In this document: one piece after another, positions 1 to 14,500 of the stretch
How the letters are laid out: every line of letters begins with the position of its first letter
Numbering within the stretch: the first letter of the stretch is position 1
Origin: Carcharhinus longimanus
Taxonomy: Eukaryota
Direction of reading: 5' to 3'
DNA length: 64,000 nt
Assembly (NCBI GenBank): GCA_030264375.1
Contig: JASCQW010000119.1
Location: 8,796,506-8,860,505, forward strand
The notes under the pieces: generated by a model
The model's database searches: none
What the model was told of the DNA's origin: nothing
The model's input: the letters and a program-made list of their open reading frames with translations, nothing else
Made by a program: the position numbers and the translations under genes

Positions 1-2233
1 ACCCCCTCACCCCTTTGAAGCCCCCACTCCCCCCCACAGCAGTCGAAGCAGCAGAAACGCATCGTCAGCAGGCCGCTGCATACCTCAGCATTGCCCGCGT
101 GGCTTCATGGGCCTCATTGTAGCGGGTTTCAACCTCAGTTTTGGGCTTCCACACAGCTGTCACCAGCCATGACATTAGCGGGTAACGCTTGCCACCCAAT
201 AGCCATCCAGGGAGCCTGTGCTGGTCTTCAAGAAGCCCTGGGATGTCTGACTGGTGGATCACAAAGCTGTCATGGGCACTACCTGCGGGGTATGCAAGGA
301 CCTGCATGATCTTCACAAATGCTCAGAGACAATTTGGATGATCAGGGAGAGGAAAAAAATTGGTTCAAAAATTGCTGCGGCCCAGCATGGAGAGGGGGAC
401 TGAGGGTCAGAAGATAGTGTGTGTCCCATCTGCTGGGCCCTACAAATGAAGAATCCCACAAATGGATGTGAAGACGCGAGCCCGGTCCTCCTGCTGTGCA
501 TGGCCTACATTAAAATTAATGAACAATCTTGCCCAGACATACAAGGAATCTGTGACATGCTACAAGCAAGTGTACACGGAGGCCTGTACAATTCCAGTTA
601 GGTCGCCACTGGGACCCTGGAATGAACTGTAGACAAAGAAATTGACGATTGCTGCCACCCCCACTTGCAGAAGGAGCCGATTTTCACCGCATCGCGGATG
701 TGCAACGTGTGAGAGCAAATGACTTGTACCATGGACTTAGGTGGCACATCTCATCCGAGCAGACCTCGAAGGAATTGTGGGGCCTGTACCTCCTTGTACT
801 TGGCACAATCCGCCATTTGTGCACCCTCTGAGGCGCCTGCTCACCCACCTCATGGTCCTGAGCCACAGCCCCTCCTGGTCCTGAGCCACAGCCCTCTGCC
901 CCCCGTCCCAGTGTCTATTGCTGGCTGCTCTTGCAGTGGCCTCTCCACGCCCACCACCCCATGAACCATCATCTCCTCTCCCTGCTGCTACCAACATGGC
1001 TCGATCAACGTCGAGTAAACCAAGATCCGTCTGCACAGTGGGGTTTGAAAACAGCATAGAATGACAGATGTTGATCATTGGCTGCATATAACGAGCACTA
1101 CTCGAATTCCACCCCACCCCCCACCTCCGCCGCCCCAACCAACTCACTTCGGCCAGAATCCCAACTTATGGAAGCTGACAACCTACACTGTACATTGTGC
1201 AATGCGTGTCCCAAAAATGTTGTGTGAGATTCCCATCATTCCAAATGCTGGCACAGGTCATGCAGGTCAGTGTGCAGACCTAAACAAGGGGCACCCATTA
1301 TCCTTCATTCATTGTCATGCGTTCACCTGCAGCATCTGTTACAGACATGTGTTGCTAATCCATTTAATAGGACAAGGACAGGCTGCAAATCAGCACCAGA
1401 TGTATGCCCAATGACAGTAGATACCATGCAATCTATTTCTGAAGCGCCAAATCCCAACCCAGTGCAGCAGCTCCTTCGACTATTTAGGCCTCAGTCAGCA
1501 CATGTACACTTCTCCGCCACCCCGGATATCTATCACTTAGTAGAGTCACTGACTACACCCTGCAGCAAGCCAATACCACTGCAAAATGTTGTGGAGAGGG
1601 ACGATGAGCGGGAGCCCTTGAGGCTACCTCCTGCAGTGCGCTTCATCGTGGCCAAGGAAGGGGGAGGGAGAGGATAGCTGTGTCGCTCAAGGTTGGCTCC
1701 CACAGTGCCCAGGGGTTGGGGTAGTGTGTGAGGAGGAGGGGCGCCGGAGTCCCTAACGGGACCTCACCGAGACAGCTGTGAGGAAATAGAACCAACCCCC
1801 CACCACAGATATCAGTGGCCTATAGGCCAACGCCTGCAGGCAGCAGGAGGGAGGCCACCAGACGCCCCCATGGCCTATCTGCAACATCTCCCGCTCTCCA
1901 CCAGCAGCCCTTATGTCCTTACGCCAGATTAAGGCTGCCATGCCAGGTTTTGACGTCCAAATACCTAGTCTGGTTCGTGCGAAAAACGTGGGAGATGCAG
2001 ATGTGGGCGAATATTTCCACGTGGATTCCAATATGGCGCGTCAAGGTACATAGGCTCATACTAATCAGGAGCCGGGCAATTTTCAACGGGTTCCCTGCGG
2101 TACTATTTCATTCTGGCTGGGAGATTCGCGCCGGTCGTTTCAACTATGGGAGACCCCACAAAACGTCCCGCACACGCATCTCCAGGCCCGACTCGCCAGA
2201 AAAGTTGGGGGTTGCGGTGGGAGAATCGCGGCC
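1..2233 (-). mobile_element. PIF/Harbinger DNA transposon, degenerate, running off the window start
   Basis: ORF 65-316(-) reads ...YPAGSAHDSFV...GWLLGGKRYPLMSWL...ETRYNEAHEATR, matching HARBI1-type DDE transposase motifs (GSxHDS, LLGDxGYPL, YNxAHxxTR). Further broken N-terminal pieces lie at about 530-860(-). The GC-rich block ends in gggagaatcgcggcc at 2233, a probable terminal inverted repeat. Confidence 0.8.
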
Positions 2234-2498
2234 TATGTTTCAGATCCCGATGCTGTGCATCCAAGGTGGCTGCTCCGACACGGCATCAGTATTAATACAA
2301 TGGGCCTGACCATCTATGGATGTCAATTGCTTTCATGTATGCTGTAATGATGCAATGAATGATTAAATTTCCCCACTCTGTCACCCGTCAGAGTCTGTAG
2401 ACAAATTAAGGAGCTATCTGTGTGTCAAAGCAAGCGAGGCTACAGAAAGTGAATCTCCAAAGAAATCAAATTGATCGTAGTTGTGCGCTGATTTTCAG

Positions 2499-2534
2499 AA
2501 ATAAAAGACCTTGAGGCTAAAGTTGAACGACTTG
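2499..2534 (+). CDS. Micro-exon 1 (36 nt): (E)IKDLEAKVERL
   Basis: attttcag|AAATAAAAGACCTTGAGGCTAAAGTTGAACGACTTG|gtgagc; phase 1-1. The first residue depends on the unseen upstream exon. Confidence 0.85.
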
Positions 2535-5500
2535 GTGAGCTTTTTCTTTCCAAAAAGAGGAATGCAGACGAAATTGGAGCAAAATTAAATTCCAGTGTAA
2601 AAATAACGTCAGTGAACACTTAATAACGGTTGACATGTTTTTGACTTGTATGTTTTAACACTTCTCTGAATAGATTTTGGAATTATGAAACCTGTTGATG
2701 AGCAAATAAGAATTTGATGGATGAGACAGAACATTTGTAAGAACGATTACAGTGGTGTTCTGGTGTGGTTCCATCGCCCACAAGAGCAAGCTGTAAGGAA
2801 ACGTTCAGCTTTGGATAAGGGTCAATGTGGAAAAATTGTGGGTTTAGCGGAGAATAAAGATTACTTTTTTAAAAAAACAATTTGCGGAATATGTGCAGAG
2901 GTGGCTAGGACAACATTCATTTTTCATAACTTGTTGCTCTTCAAAATGCGTTGGCGATCTGCCTTCTTGTGCTACTGCAGTCCCAGAGATGCCCTTAGTC
3001 TGGCGTTCCTGACGAAATTCCACATTTATGTTTTGCACCAATAGCACTGACAAAACTGTGATGTGTGTGTCACAGAGAATGGTTGTGTACGCGTTAAGAA
3101 ACCTTCAATTAGCTAACTGCACTGACGGTGAATCTTTCTCATTTTGGTCCATACTGCCTCAAGTACTCAATGGGAAATGTTCGCAATATTTTCTATCGAT
3201 GTAAAAAGATATGTGCAGTGCATTACCTCCCTTAGTACGGCCAGATACACGATATCATGCGCATATGTTGTACGTGCGTGATATCCAGACCTGTCACGTG
3301 AAAGATATGCGACCTGGATATGATTGAGCACACTACTATATTATAAGTCCATGGTATGTGCGACTTGCTGGATAGGCAGACATAAATACGCCGTCTTTCA
3401 ACTGAAATCGGAGTCACGGACATGACGAGAATTTCATTATTCATGTTTCAACCATGTAGTGAAATACCGCGGAGAAAACACTGAAGCAGCATACTCCTCG
3501 AATACGGCCCTGAGGCATGTTGCAGCAAACACTTGAAGTGCTATTCCAACAGACTGAATATAATTCCGGAAAATAAAGCACAACAGTAATATGTATTTTC
3601 ATTTGGCTAAACATACGGTCACATATCGGTTAATGATGTAATGGGAATTACTCCGAATCATAAACTATTCAAACGAAATTTTGATGAAACGGCATTTGTC
3701 TTTTTATCATTTTACGAATCTCCCCAAAACATATTTTGTGGAAGAGCTGTCCATTAGTGCACCCGTTGAAAATTCCAAATGTAGCCTCCAAGTCCTCCGA
3801 AATAATTAAACCATTGGCAAAATATACTTTGTTTTAAAGATTGCCCGAGATTTAATGACCCTTCCATGACGAAGTCAGCAATGCTCATTATATAAAATGC
3901 AATAATATCCCATATTGCATATTAAATTGTTTGCAATGCACTAATCGTTGATTTGTTCAGTATGTGCCCCACAATTCTACTAATAAATCAATAAATGTGG
4001 AAACGGTGAACATTGATTCTTGCAGAAGCTGATCTGGAGGAAAAAGCCAAAGGTAAAGCAGATAACTGAAATGAGAATCTATTATCTCAACGTTTCGAAA
4101 TTTTTGCAGCTTATATTGTTTGTGAATTGCACAGAGCGAATAATGTTCGCCTCAGAAGATATAGCCAGTAGAATGCCCATTTTATCTGCACGGAAACATT
4201 TTGGTACCTATTTTCTCTTCAGAGAACAGAGAAAACAAAGTCATACCACCTCGCCAATGTGTACAACAGAGTGAGATTATTTATTTTGAGATAAAGTGTT
4301 AAAATGTGATATAAAATGTGATAAATAATCTCTCAATGCAGATTGCAAAATAATGGAACAACTTTGGAAACGGAAGAAAGCTAATTAGCCCTTCTTCTTG
4401 GCCAGAACTATGCTTAGCTCTGGTGCAGAATTAAACACTGTTTATTTTGCATTTAGCAAGACTTCAATTTCGTCTTCCGTTTCATTCAGAGATACATTTC
4501 CCGTTGTCGGTCAAGCGAATTTGCATGCCCTGAGCACGTGCCTTGTTCTAAAAGAAAAGCCAGAGGCACCTGAAATGAACAGAGTAATAGAGGTTTGAAG
4601 TTTGAAAAAAAAACCTTTAACCCAATGTTTCCAATATGTCCATTTTAACCACTAAGATATTGGCTGCATTTGGTGCCTGTCCCTTTAATCCTAGTTTACC
4701 CGTATAACAGTTTAATTTGTTTTTAAGACAAAATCGTACCCGCCTCTATCACCTCCTCTGGCTGCTTGTTCCCGATACTTACCACCCTCGCTGTGCATAA
4801 AATAATCCTCTGGACCCTTTTGTAACTCACCGCTCTGAACTGTAACCTATGACCTCTATTTATCGTCTCCCCTAAATTTATTTTGACGATCGAGCTGATC
4901 TATGCAACTAATTATTTGACACGTCTCCATATCATCACCCTAAGTCCAACATTCCTGAGCCAGGGGTGGGGAGGGGTATCCCAGTCTAGCAGCCACTCCT
5001 TCTAACTCAAACAACAAACTTTCCATAGCTTCCTGATCTTGTTTTGCGGCACTCGTTCTAGTTTGATATATGCATATATGCGTGACGAGACGTGTATACA
5101 GTTTTCCAATTAGTGCCTTCTAAATGTCTTTAACAGCTTCAGCAAGACGTCCCAACTCATGTATTTAATGTTTGATCTAGTGAAACCAAGCATGCCACAT
5201 TCTTTTTTCACCACTTTGTCCACCTGTAACCCCACTTTCAAGGAGCTATGAACCTGCACTCATAAATCTCTTTGCTTTATAACTCTCTCCACCGCCCGAG
5301 CACTAACTGAATGAATCCTCCCCTGTTCAACCTATCAAAATGCATCAACAAATGTTTTATCTAATTAAACTCTATTTGCCATTCTTCAACCCACAGTCCC
5401 AACTGATCAAGATCCTTGCGATTTTGAATAATGCCTTGTATGTCACCAGTCTTGGGTATCGGATCTGCGGTGGATCAATGAGTAAAATAATTGGTTCTGC

Positions 5501-8500
5501 GTTAAACGTTCCTGCACAGTTTGCAACATCGTTTGACTGTCAAAAATGTTGCGTTCCAGATGTGACAAACACCTTAATTCCTTTCAACACAGGCACGCAG
5601 TAAACGGGAGAAACTCATCAACAACCATATCTGAAGTTTATTGTTCTCACACAAGTTTTCAATCTTTGACAATTGTCACGTGAACTGTTCCTTAAGATAT
5701 TTGCAGTTGAAGCAGAGAAAAATGTGCCTGCTGCAGCGCTTGATGTGTAAATAGCTATATAAATCCTGAAATGAAACCATTGTTTGGTTATTATTTGACA
5801 GCAATCATGCTGTCGTTGACATTTGCTTCGGTTTCAAACTGACAATCTGTCGGTTCTTTTACAAATATCCAAGAAACCGACAGGAAAGTGAAGGAACTGG
5901 GTGAGTAAAGTATTCAGAAACTGTTCATAACATTGCACATGTATACCCTTCAACTTTTTATTTGGGCATTTATGTGGTGGTTAACTGGCAGCGTGCCCTA
6001 TGTTAAAAAAAGAGTCCGCCACAACCCGGTCCAGGCCCTACCCCCATATCCCTACATGTTTACCCACTAAACCGTCTAACCTACACACCTCAGGACAGTA
6101 AGGAACAATTTTAGCATGGCCAATCGATCTAACCCGCATATGTTTGGACTGTGGGAGGAAACCGTCACACCCGGCGGAGACCCACGCAGACATGAGTAGA
6201 ATGTGCAAACTCCAAACAGACAGTGACCCAATCTGCCCACCCCCTTTATTTTGAGGCTTGATCGTATCTAACCCGCCAGTGCAAACAGCCTCGGTACTTC
6301 TTTTTTTCTCTCCTTCATATGTTTGTATGCCTGTATAAGATTGCTGCTAATTCATCCATTTTCGAGCCCACCATGGTCCGATTTTGGTCAGATCCGCCTC
6401 ATAAGCCAAACTTCCGAGTCCCAGAATCAACCTAGTGAGTCTCGGGTGAACCGTATCCAGAACCAGAACATCCTTCCTCAGGCCAGAAGAACAAAATTGT
6501 ATGCCATGGTTCAGATGTGGCCTCACTAGCACAGTATATAGCTTCCTTTCAATACTATTCCTCTGGCAATGGAAGACGGCATTCCAACTGCTCTCTTAAA
6601 TACCTGCCACACCTGCAAACCTAAATTTTGGCTTCAGGCTAGAGGTCCCACAGGTCCCTCTGCAGAGCAGCATGCTGTATTTCTTTACCGTTTAAATAGT
6701 CGTCAATGTTGCTTTTATTCCTACCAAACTGGGTGACTTCTCATTTGCCAACATTGTTCTTGATCTGCCAGACTCTTGCAATTCAATTCAATTGTTTATC
6801 TCCCTCTGCAAACTTTCAGCTTCCTCTGCACACTTCGCTCAACAAATCATGTTAATATCATCTGTCATCTTGGACACACTACTCTTGGTCCACAAATCCA
6901 AATAATCAATGTAAGTTGTAAACAATCGCGGACCCAGCATTGTTCCATGAGGTAAAAGTCGTTGCTCGTCAACTCGAAAATAAAACAACTATTTATCCCC
7001 TCTCTTTGCTTTCTGTTAGTTAACAAACCATCGAACAATGCTGAGACATTACGCATAACGCTCTGCAACTTTTTTTGGTAAGCAGCAGTTTTAGTGGAGC
7101 AACTTGTTGAATGCCATCTGGAAATCCACATCCACCCATTCTCCAGTGCTCCTCATGATCGTAATCATCCCAGTAAAAGATGTTAAACATGGCCTGTCTT
7201 TCCTGAATCCTTTGTCTGCCTAATAGAGCAATTTATATCTATATGTCTCTCTACCTTTTCCTTGATGATAGATTCAATCATTTTGCCAAATACTGAATTG
7301 AAACTATCTGGCCTATATTAAGTTGCATTTTGTTTACTTTTTTTTCTCAAACTGGCATTAAAATTACTGCTGCCGGATGTGCTGGAACTCCCCCACAGTA
7401 CAGTAAAGTTGTACAATACGACGACCATAATTGCTATATCCCCACAATCTATTTTATTGCCATGAAGTGCTTTCCATCAGGGCCAGGAAACGTTTTTACC
7501 TTTAGCCCGTTATATTGCCCAACATTTCCGCTTCCTTCAGAATGATCACTTCTATATCCGCATTATTGCCTACCTGTCATCATTTTTTTGGCATGTCATT
7601 TCTGTCTTCCTCTGCGAAGACTGAGACAATATATCTGTCCAAATCCTCGCACATTTTCCATTATTAAATCCCCCTTTACCTCTGCTAAAGTACCAATATT
7701 TATTGTAGCCACTCTTTCCCGTTTTATATCTTACGTACAACTTTGCTGTATTCTGAGCTTGTTCCCTCTCATAATCTGCCATATTTTGCTGATAGTTTTC
7801 TTCGTGCTTTTAGTCCACCTTTAAATTTTCCCCAATCCTCCAGTTACCTACTAGTCTTTTATTTTAATTTGTATGCATTCTCTTTCAATTTGATAACTTC
7901 CTTCATTTCCTTAGATATCCATGGCTAATTATTTCTTTTGCAAATTCCTTCCTTTTCACTGATATATGTTTTACTGAGCACTGCGAAACATCGATTTCAA
8001 AGTCCCCCACTGTTGTCTAATTGTCCCATCACGACGTTCTTGCTCCCCTGCAACCTTAGAACAGTGTCCCCTTATCCAATTGTAGTTTCCTTTGTTTAAA
8101 AATAATGAAATGTTATTGGCTTTTAATTTATCATGCTACATCTATATTTTAAATTAAATGAAAAGCGTCAGTCCCTAGGAGGGGATCCCTAACTGAGTGA
8201 TCATCAATTATTTTTATTTCATTACACAGGACCTGATTTTGGAGAGCGTGGTTCTTCTTAAACCCTACTACATGCCATTCAAGGGAACTATCGCAGAAAT
8301 ATTCCATGTTCACCTTCTCAAGACAGCCTTCATCAACCTGATTTGACCAAACCATATGTGAATTAAATATCACATGATAATTCATGTACTGTTTTTGCAT
8401 GCATCCGGTCTTTATTTGTTTATTACCCGCTCCAACATGATGTTATTATTTCGTGGCCCACAGACTAAGTTCATCAATAATTGTTTCATTCTTACTATTT

Positions 8501-11500
8501 CTGACATTCCCCAAAACAGAGTCATCTTTGTAACCAAAAAACCTATACCAACTCTTACCCTGGTTTTATCATTTAATATCAGAGTTGCACCAACTCTCTT
8601 ATCTTCGTAAATATCGTTCGAATACACTGATACCTCTCGATATTTAACGGTCAGGCAGACACCATGGAAGCATATCTCCGGAATGGACCTATATAGTATT
8701 CAACTGAGATGATCTGTGCCATCAATTAATTTACCTTGTTTCTACTGCTTCGAACATTAAGTTAAAACGCCCACACATTGTTTTTTACACCTTCGTTTTG
8801 AATCCCAATACTTCTATTAAGAAAATCTCCCGAGTTCTCCTCCAGTTAACTTTTATCCATTATTCTCCATTAGGTTGAAACCTCCTCAGTACATGATAAC
8901 GTGTTGCTGTTTTTCTCAGTACCATCGTATTTCGCGTAGTTTTACTATTCCTCCAGATGGGATCTAGATGGGAATTGGGAAGTGAGAGTGAGGCTGACGC
9001 TGCACAACTCTCCCTCACTTTAATCCAAATCAAGCGCTATTTTCGACACCATCGTAATCAGTGTCCTGTTCATCCCTTGAAGTCCTGTGCCGATGGGCAA
9101 GCGGCAAAGCAGCAGGTGTGAATACACTGGGTGCTGTAGTCACTGACCTGCACGCAGGCGGCTCAGGTCTAATGATTGTTTTCCGCTGACCGAAGCAGCA
9201 GTGGAATTCGGCGTCGACCTGGATGACTGAGCAGTCCTCTGCAGGAGCGCACTGNNNNNNNNNNNNNNNNNNNNNNNNNNNNNNNNNNNNNNNNNNNNNN
9301 NNNNNNNNNNNNNNNNNNNNNNNNNNNNNNNNNNNNNNNNNNNNNNNNNNNNNNAGTCATGCACCAGTCTGCTCCTCATGCACCGTACACAGAACCCATA
9401 ATCACAATCAAAGGGCAGAAGCTACACACAGTGGATCAGTTCACTTTTCTTGGCAGCATCCTCTCCCTAGCAGTGGCTATTTATTCAGAAGTTAACTGCA
9501 GACGGACCATGGCACTTTCTGCTTTTGGTAGACTGCACCCCACTGTATGGGAACGTCGAGGAATCAGCCCAGCAACAAAACTGAAGGTCTACAGCGCCGT
9601 GGTACTCACTACCCTTCCGTATGCCTGTGAAACGTGCAGAGTGTATGGAAGGCTTGCAAGACAGCTGAAACATTTCCGCATGACTCGTCTTCAGAGGCTA
9701 TTACGCATCAGATGTCAAGACGAAGTACCACACATTGAAGTTCTCTCTCGAGCAAGTCTACCATCAGTCCTCACACTGCTGATGAGAGCGCACACCCGGT
9801 GGGCAGGTCATGTCATCCGAATGTCAGACGAGCGCATACCCAAGCAGTTTCTTTTTGGGGAACCCTCTGCTGGAAGACACTCTCATGGACGACAGAAGAA
9901 ACGTTTCAAAGACTCCCTGAAGTCGCTTGACATTGACACGACAACCTGGGAAACGCTGGCACAAAACCGTCCAACCTGGCGCGACCTCATCTACAAAAGG
10001 CTGTCAAGCTTACGAAGCAAGATGTATTGCTGACGCACAACTTAAGGGCGAGCTGCGCAAGTCCAGAACCACCAGCGCATCAATTATAGTGTCTACACAA
10101 GTCTTTCCAATATGTGCCAGGACATTCCGTGCCCAATTTGGCCCGATCAGTTATTTTCGGACACACCACAACCAGCCAAAAAATAACGAATGGTGCCGAG
10201 GTCATCATCGATGACGATGGACGAACAACTAGTCCCCCACACACTTGAGAGTTTTGCACTGCTATAGTTAAATGTGGGATAGCCTAACCTGAGAATAAAG
10301 AGCACTCAATGACCACATTTCTACGCCTACCTTGTATTTATTTAGACACCGGAAGTCGATAAGTGTACATGAGATAGGTATTGTTATTTGAACTAAGCAT
10401 CAGCTCAAATCCCTGGACTCATTGTTCATTGACATTGCCAAACGCAATCATCCGCTCAACAATTTATGCACTTGTACGGTAATCTTTAAGAATGGCTTTA
10501 TTATTGTCAAATAACTTTGAGGTAAATTGTGTTTTCGTTGTGGATAATAATACATCCAATATGAAAGAAAACAGTTAACCGTTTTTGAGTAGCAATGCTC
10601 ACGTGAATGATGGGTATTTGTTTCAGAACATCTGTTTGTGGAGGATATGGTAATACCGGACATCATTAATTACGTGAAAAGAAATCATGAACATTTTGCG
10701 ATGAATGATAACATGATTTGCACCTCAGAGTTAGTAAAACGCTTTGTATTTTGTTAACCCGCTATGGAAATACGTGTCGCCCTTTCAGTTTAAGTTGCAA
10801 TTGAATTCTCATGAGTGTGCTTGAGGTTTATGCACATTAATATGCAGAATGGTGCGTATTTGCTGCACAATTCGATTACTTGTCTTCCATTCTGTGGCTC
10901 TGCGTACCCAGTGAATTCTTCAACCGGAATCCGACAACTCCTCTTAGGGTAACTTTCTGACGAAAAGTGGGTTGATGTTTTACCTAACTGTGGTTAAAGT
11001 CAGACCGTTTGGCATTGTTTACTGATTTCTTTTTTTTTGCTTCAGAATTTAAATTTCAACCTGCACCTTTTGGAGCGCGACATACTTGGACACTTTTATG
11101 ACTCGTGTGGTGCATGCTGCTGGTTATTTATTTGTATGATGCATACATTTTTTTTTATCATGACAGGTGCACATGCATTTTTTTTTCTGAAGTATGCCTG
11201 CCCAGGCAATGCAATTTTAGTTGTGTTACTTCACTCCCTTTCCCTCTAAATTGACAGTGTTATGCCTGCTTATTTGTAGGTGATATGGTTTGTTTTATTT
11301 TCTACATGCTTATGCATATTCCATGTGCTTGATCTAATTCACAGAAAAGACTTATTTGGGTAAGCATATTTGTTTGCTGAGTATTTACATTGCTTTCCAC
11401 GAGAAAGATGCACGTTAGCGACATTGGAGCCAGGGGCCCAGCCGATTGTGTTACTCTTTGAAGGCAGACTTCATCAGTTTAGCATTACCAATTCCTGCCT

Positions 11501-14500
11501 CATGAGGTGTGGCAACTTTCTTCTGTGGATGCCTCCCCTAACTCAGCAACTGAGAGCAACCACATTAAGCAATTATAAAGGCTAATTTCAAAGAAAGTCA
11601 ACCACATTTAACACATTCGAAGTGTGGGCTGTAAAGTAACTTTATATGCCCCAGCTGCCACAACGAAGACAATAGTAAAGTGCTGATTAAAAATATCGGT
11701 CCAGGGATGTTTTGAGTGTTCAATCTAAGTGTATAAGTGTGTAGCGGAATGATTTATGCATAGGTGAGTATTGGGGAAGCTATTAGGGGAGACAATACAT
11801 TGGAGGGTGCAGCTTTCCGTGCTTCAGGCACGGCCAAGATATTGAGATTGCATCTCGGTCAGGTGGTAGTAGAACATAACGTGGGGTAATGAGGGCAGTG
11901 TTGGATGGCAGCCTCTTGCAGTATGCTGAAGATCTGTTCTTGTTTGATTGATTTACTCTGCCCGGTATTATGTTTATATTCATTTATTAGTTTCACAATT
12001 AGGCTTACACCAACACCACAATGAAATTATAGTGAAAGTCTCCTCGTCGCCACGTGGCGGCACCTGTTCAGGATCACTCTGGTGAAATTTAGCGTGGCCA
12101 ATACACCTAACAAGAACATCTGACAGGTTGTAGGAGGAAAGATGGGCACCCGGAAGAAATTCATGCAGGCACGGTCACCACGTGCAAACTCCACCCAGTC
12201 TGTCACCCAAGTCAGTAACCGAACGCGGGTGCCACTTTCTGAGGCAGCGGTGCTATGTCACCGTGCTGCCTAGGTCCGAAGGAAGGATGATTTCCACTTA
12301 GGTCCGCTGTTTGAATGTTTGCCAATGGCTCATTTTGTGTTCGGTGGAAAGTTGTCTTGCAAAATGCATTGTTGGAATAAGTGGCTGGTTTGTCTGGCTG
12401 ATTGTGTTCAACCCTGTCGGTGATTGATTTCAGTATACAGACGTATGGCGTATTGTGGCCAGTCGGTGATTTAGGTTGTTAAGGCTAGTTGTGCGGAGGC
12501 GAGTTTCTGTGGCAGTTTGGGCAGTATATCCAGGCACGTTCGGAGTTTTTTTTTGTGATCGCTGAACTTACAGGAATATCCGGAGTCCGGATTGGAATTG
12601 CTGATGAGGTGTTGTTCGATTCGATTGGGAGCAGTCAATGCTAGGTCGGGTTAATATAGTGCCCGATTGCCCAAGGTTTGGGAGTTATTCATGGAAGCGT
12701 TGAGGAAGGCTTCGCTGGTTGGCATGCGAAATTAAATTTGAACAGGCGGGGTGGTGTCAGTGATGTCGAAGTTGTGTCCTATGTGTCGTTCAACTAGGCC
12801 GAGGTTACAGTTTTCAACTGTATTTTTTAAGTGGGACAGGTCTGTTTGGAAAATAAAATGTATCAACTTAAGGCATGGTCGGTTGAAATTTGGAAGCTGA
12901 GGCCCTTGAGAAATTGGTTGTCTCCGTGGACAGCTTCCACAGTTGACTGTGATTTGAGGCACCAACAAATTGCCATTGAGGGAGCGAAGATGTTATCTCC
13001 TATCATTTCGTTCCTAATCCTCAACCATTTGTTGTTTGTATGGTCAATAGTTTAATATCTTTAACACCGAGAAACAAGGATCTTATGGCCTATAGGAAAG
13101 CAAATGATATTGTAAAGAAAATTAACCAGTGCTAGACAAATGGAGTATTATTTTGATGAAAAACTTATAATTGCTATTTCCACCTTTGTCTTTTCTGCTC
13201 TCTTTTTTCTGCTACGCAGAATTTGTTTGCGGTCTGGTACTTTCTGTACAAGCGACGTATGTCATTACTGTGGACTAATGCATCCATCTTTCTGGCATTA
13301 CGATTTAAAATTTGACAGTTTCTCTAAAGGAGATATCGATCGAGAACATTTTTAACATTGCAACTCGACCATAAGAAACCAATGATGAGTAGCCATATCC
13401 ACAAACACTCGTCGAAATGTTGTCTAGAAACATCTTCAGTGTCATGAACTGGGAGTGCCAAAGCAGTGTGCTACGCTTGGAGAGATATGCCTGTTTTCTT
13501 GTGTCTCGATCTGTTTCACTGGCTTTCACAACGTTTTGGAAATGAGGGGAAAGATGGGTGAGAGTTTGGATTGTGTGGAGATTCATCAGTGGTCACTGAG
13601 CTGCAGGATTCAAGACGTTATGCCTCTGCGATAAAAGCCTTGTTGTCTGCTGATGGTGGTGAATTGGGCAGGTTGAATGAGTGACGTATAGAAACTGGAG
13701 AATCCGGAGCCATTAGAAATCGCCTACAACATGAATTATATAAAGGCACGTCCATATATATATTTTTGTCAAATGTAAACATCATCAGGGACCCTGATAC
13801 GATTTAGAACTCTGTTTGCATCGAAATTTCCCACTTTCACCATCAGTCCAACGCTCTGTGGTCAGGNNNNNNNNNNNNNNNNNNNNNNNNNNNNNNNNNN
13901 NNNNNNNNNNNNNNNNNNNNNNNNNNNNNNNNNNNNNNNNNNNNNNNNNNNNNNNNNNNNNNNNNNTGTCAAATGTTAACATCATCAGGGACCCTGATAC
14001 GATTTCGACCTCGGTTTGCATCGAAATTTCCCACTTTCACCCTCAGTCCAACGATCTGTGGGCAGGGTTGAAAAGTCATGGCAACGGTATGGTGTTATGG
14101 GGATCTGGACGAGCAGGAGATATCGCTCAAATATAATTTTGAGTGTGATTCACTTTCAGAGTGTTGGTGCAGGCTCAATGGGCCGAATGGTGTTTTTTGC
14201 TATTTTGTTATTCTGTAGTTCTATGTGTCTCAACACAATGTATTTTTCACTGAAGGTACATTTACAAACCTAATTATTCTAGTGAATGTTTGCCAACTAT
14301 TCTTAATATTCACGATTTCGTACCCTGAGAAAATGTACTGACTCCTATAAAATGATTTAAAAATGACTCTGGAAATTAAAAATAAAACATGCACAGGTAG
14401 CACTGGAAAAAAAAAGTAGTGAATCGTGTTCCACTGGAATACAAAAAAAAATCTATCATCACTTTTCACACATCGTGCCTATTGCGTTATTATTGGTTGC

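Noticed and set aside
5756-5842. TATATAAA box followed by an ATG at 5807, suggesting a promoter and first exon
   Set aside because: The ATG frame stops after 11 codons (MLSLTFASVSN*). The downstream donor is better explained by array exon 3, and two array exons already lie upstream.
13140-13355. ORF with a TM-like stretch (LIIAISTFVFSALFFLL)
   Set aside because: The hydrophobicity comes from translating a polypyrimidine tract; no other support.
13767-14066. ~100-nt direct repeat on both sides of an N gap
   Set aside because: The copies abut a 100-N gap exactly and differ by scattered substitutions; most likely an unmerged contig overlap.
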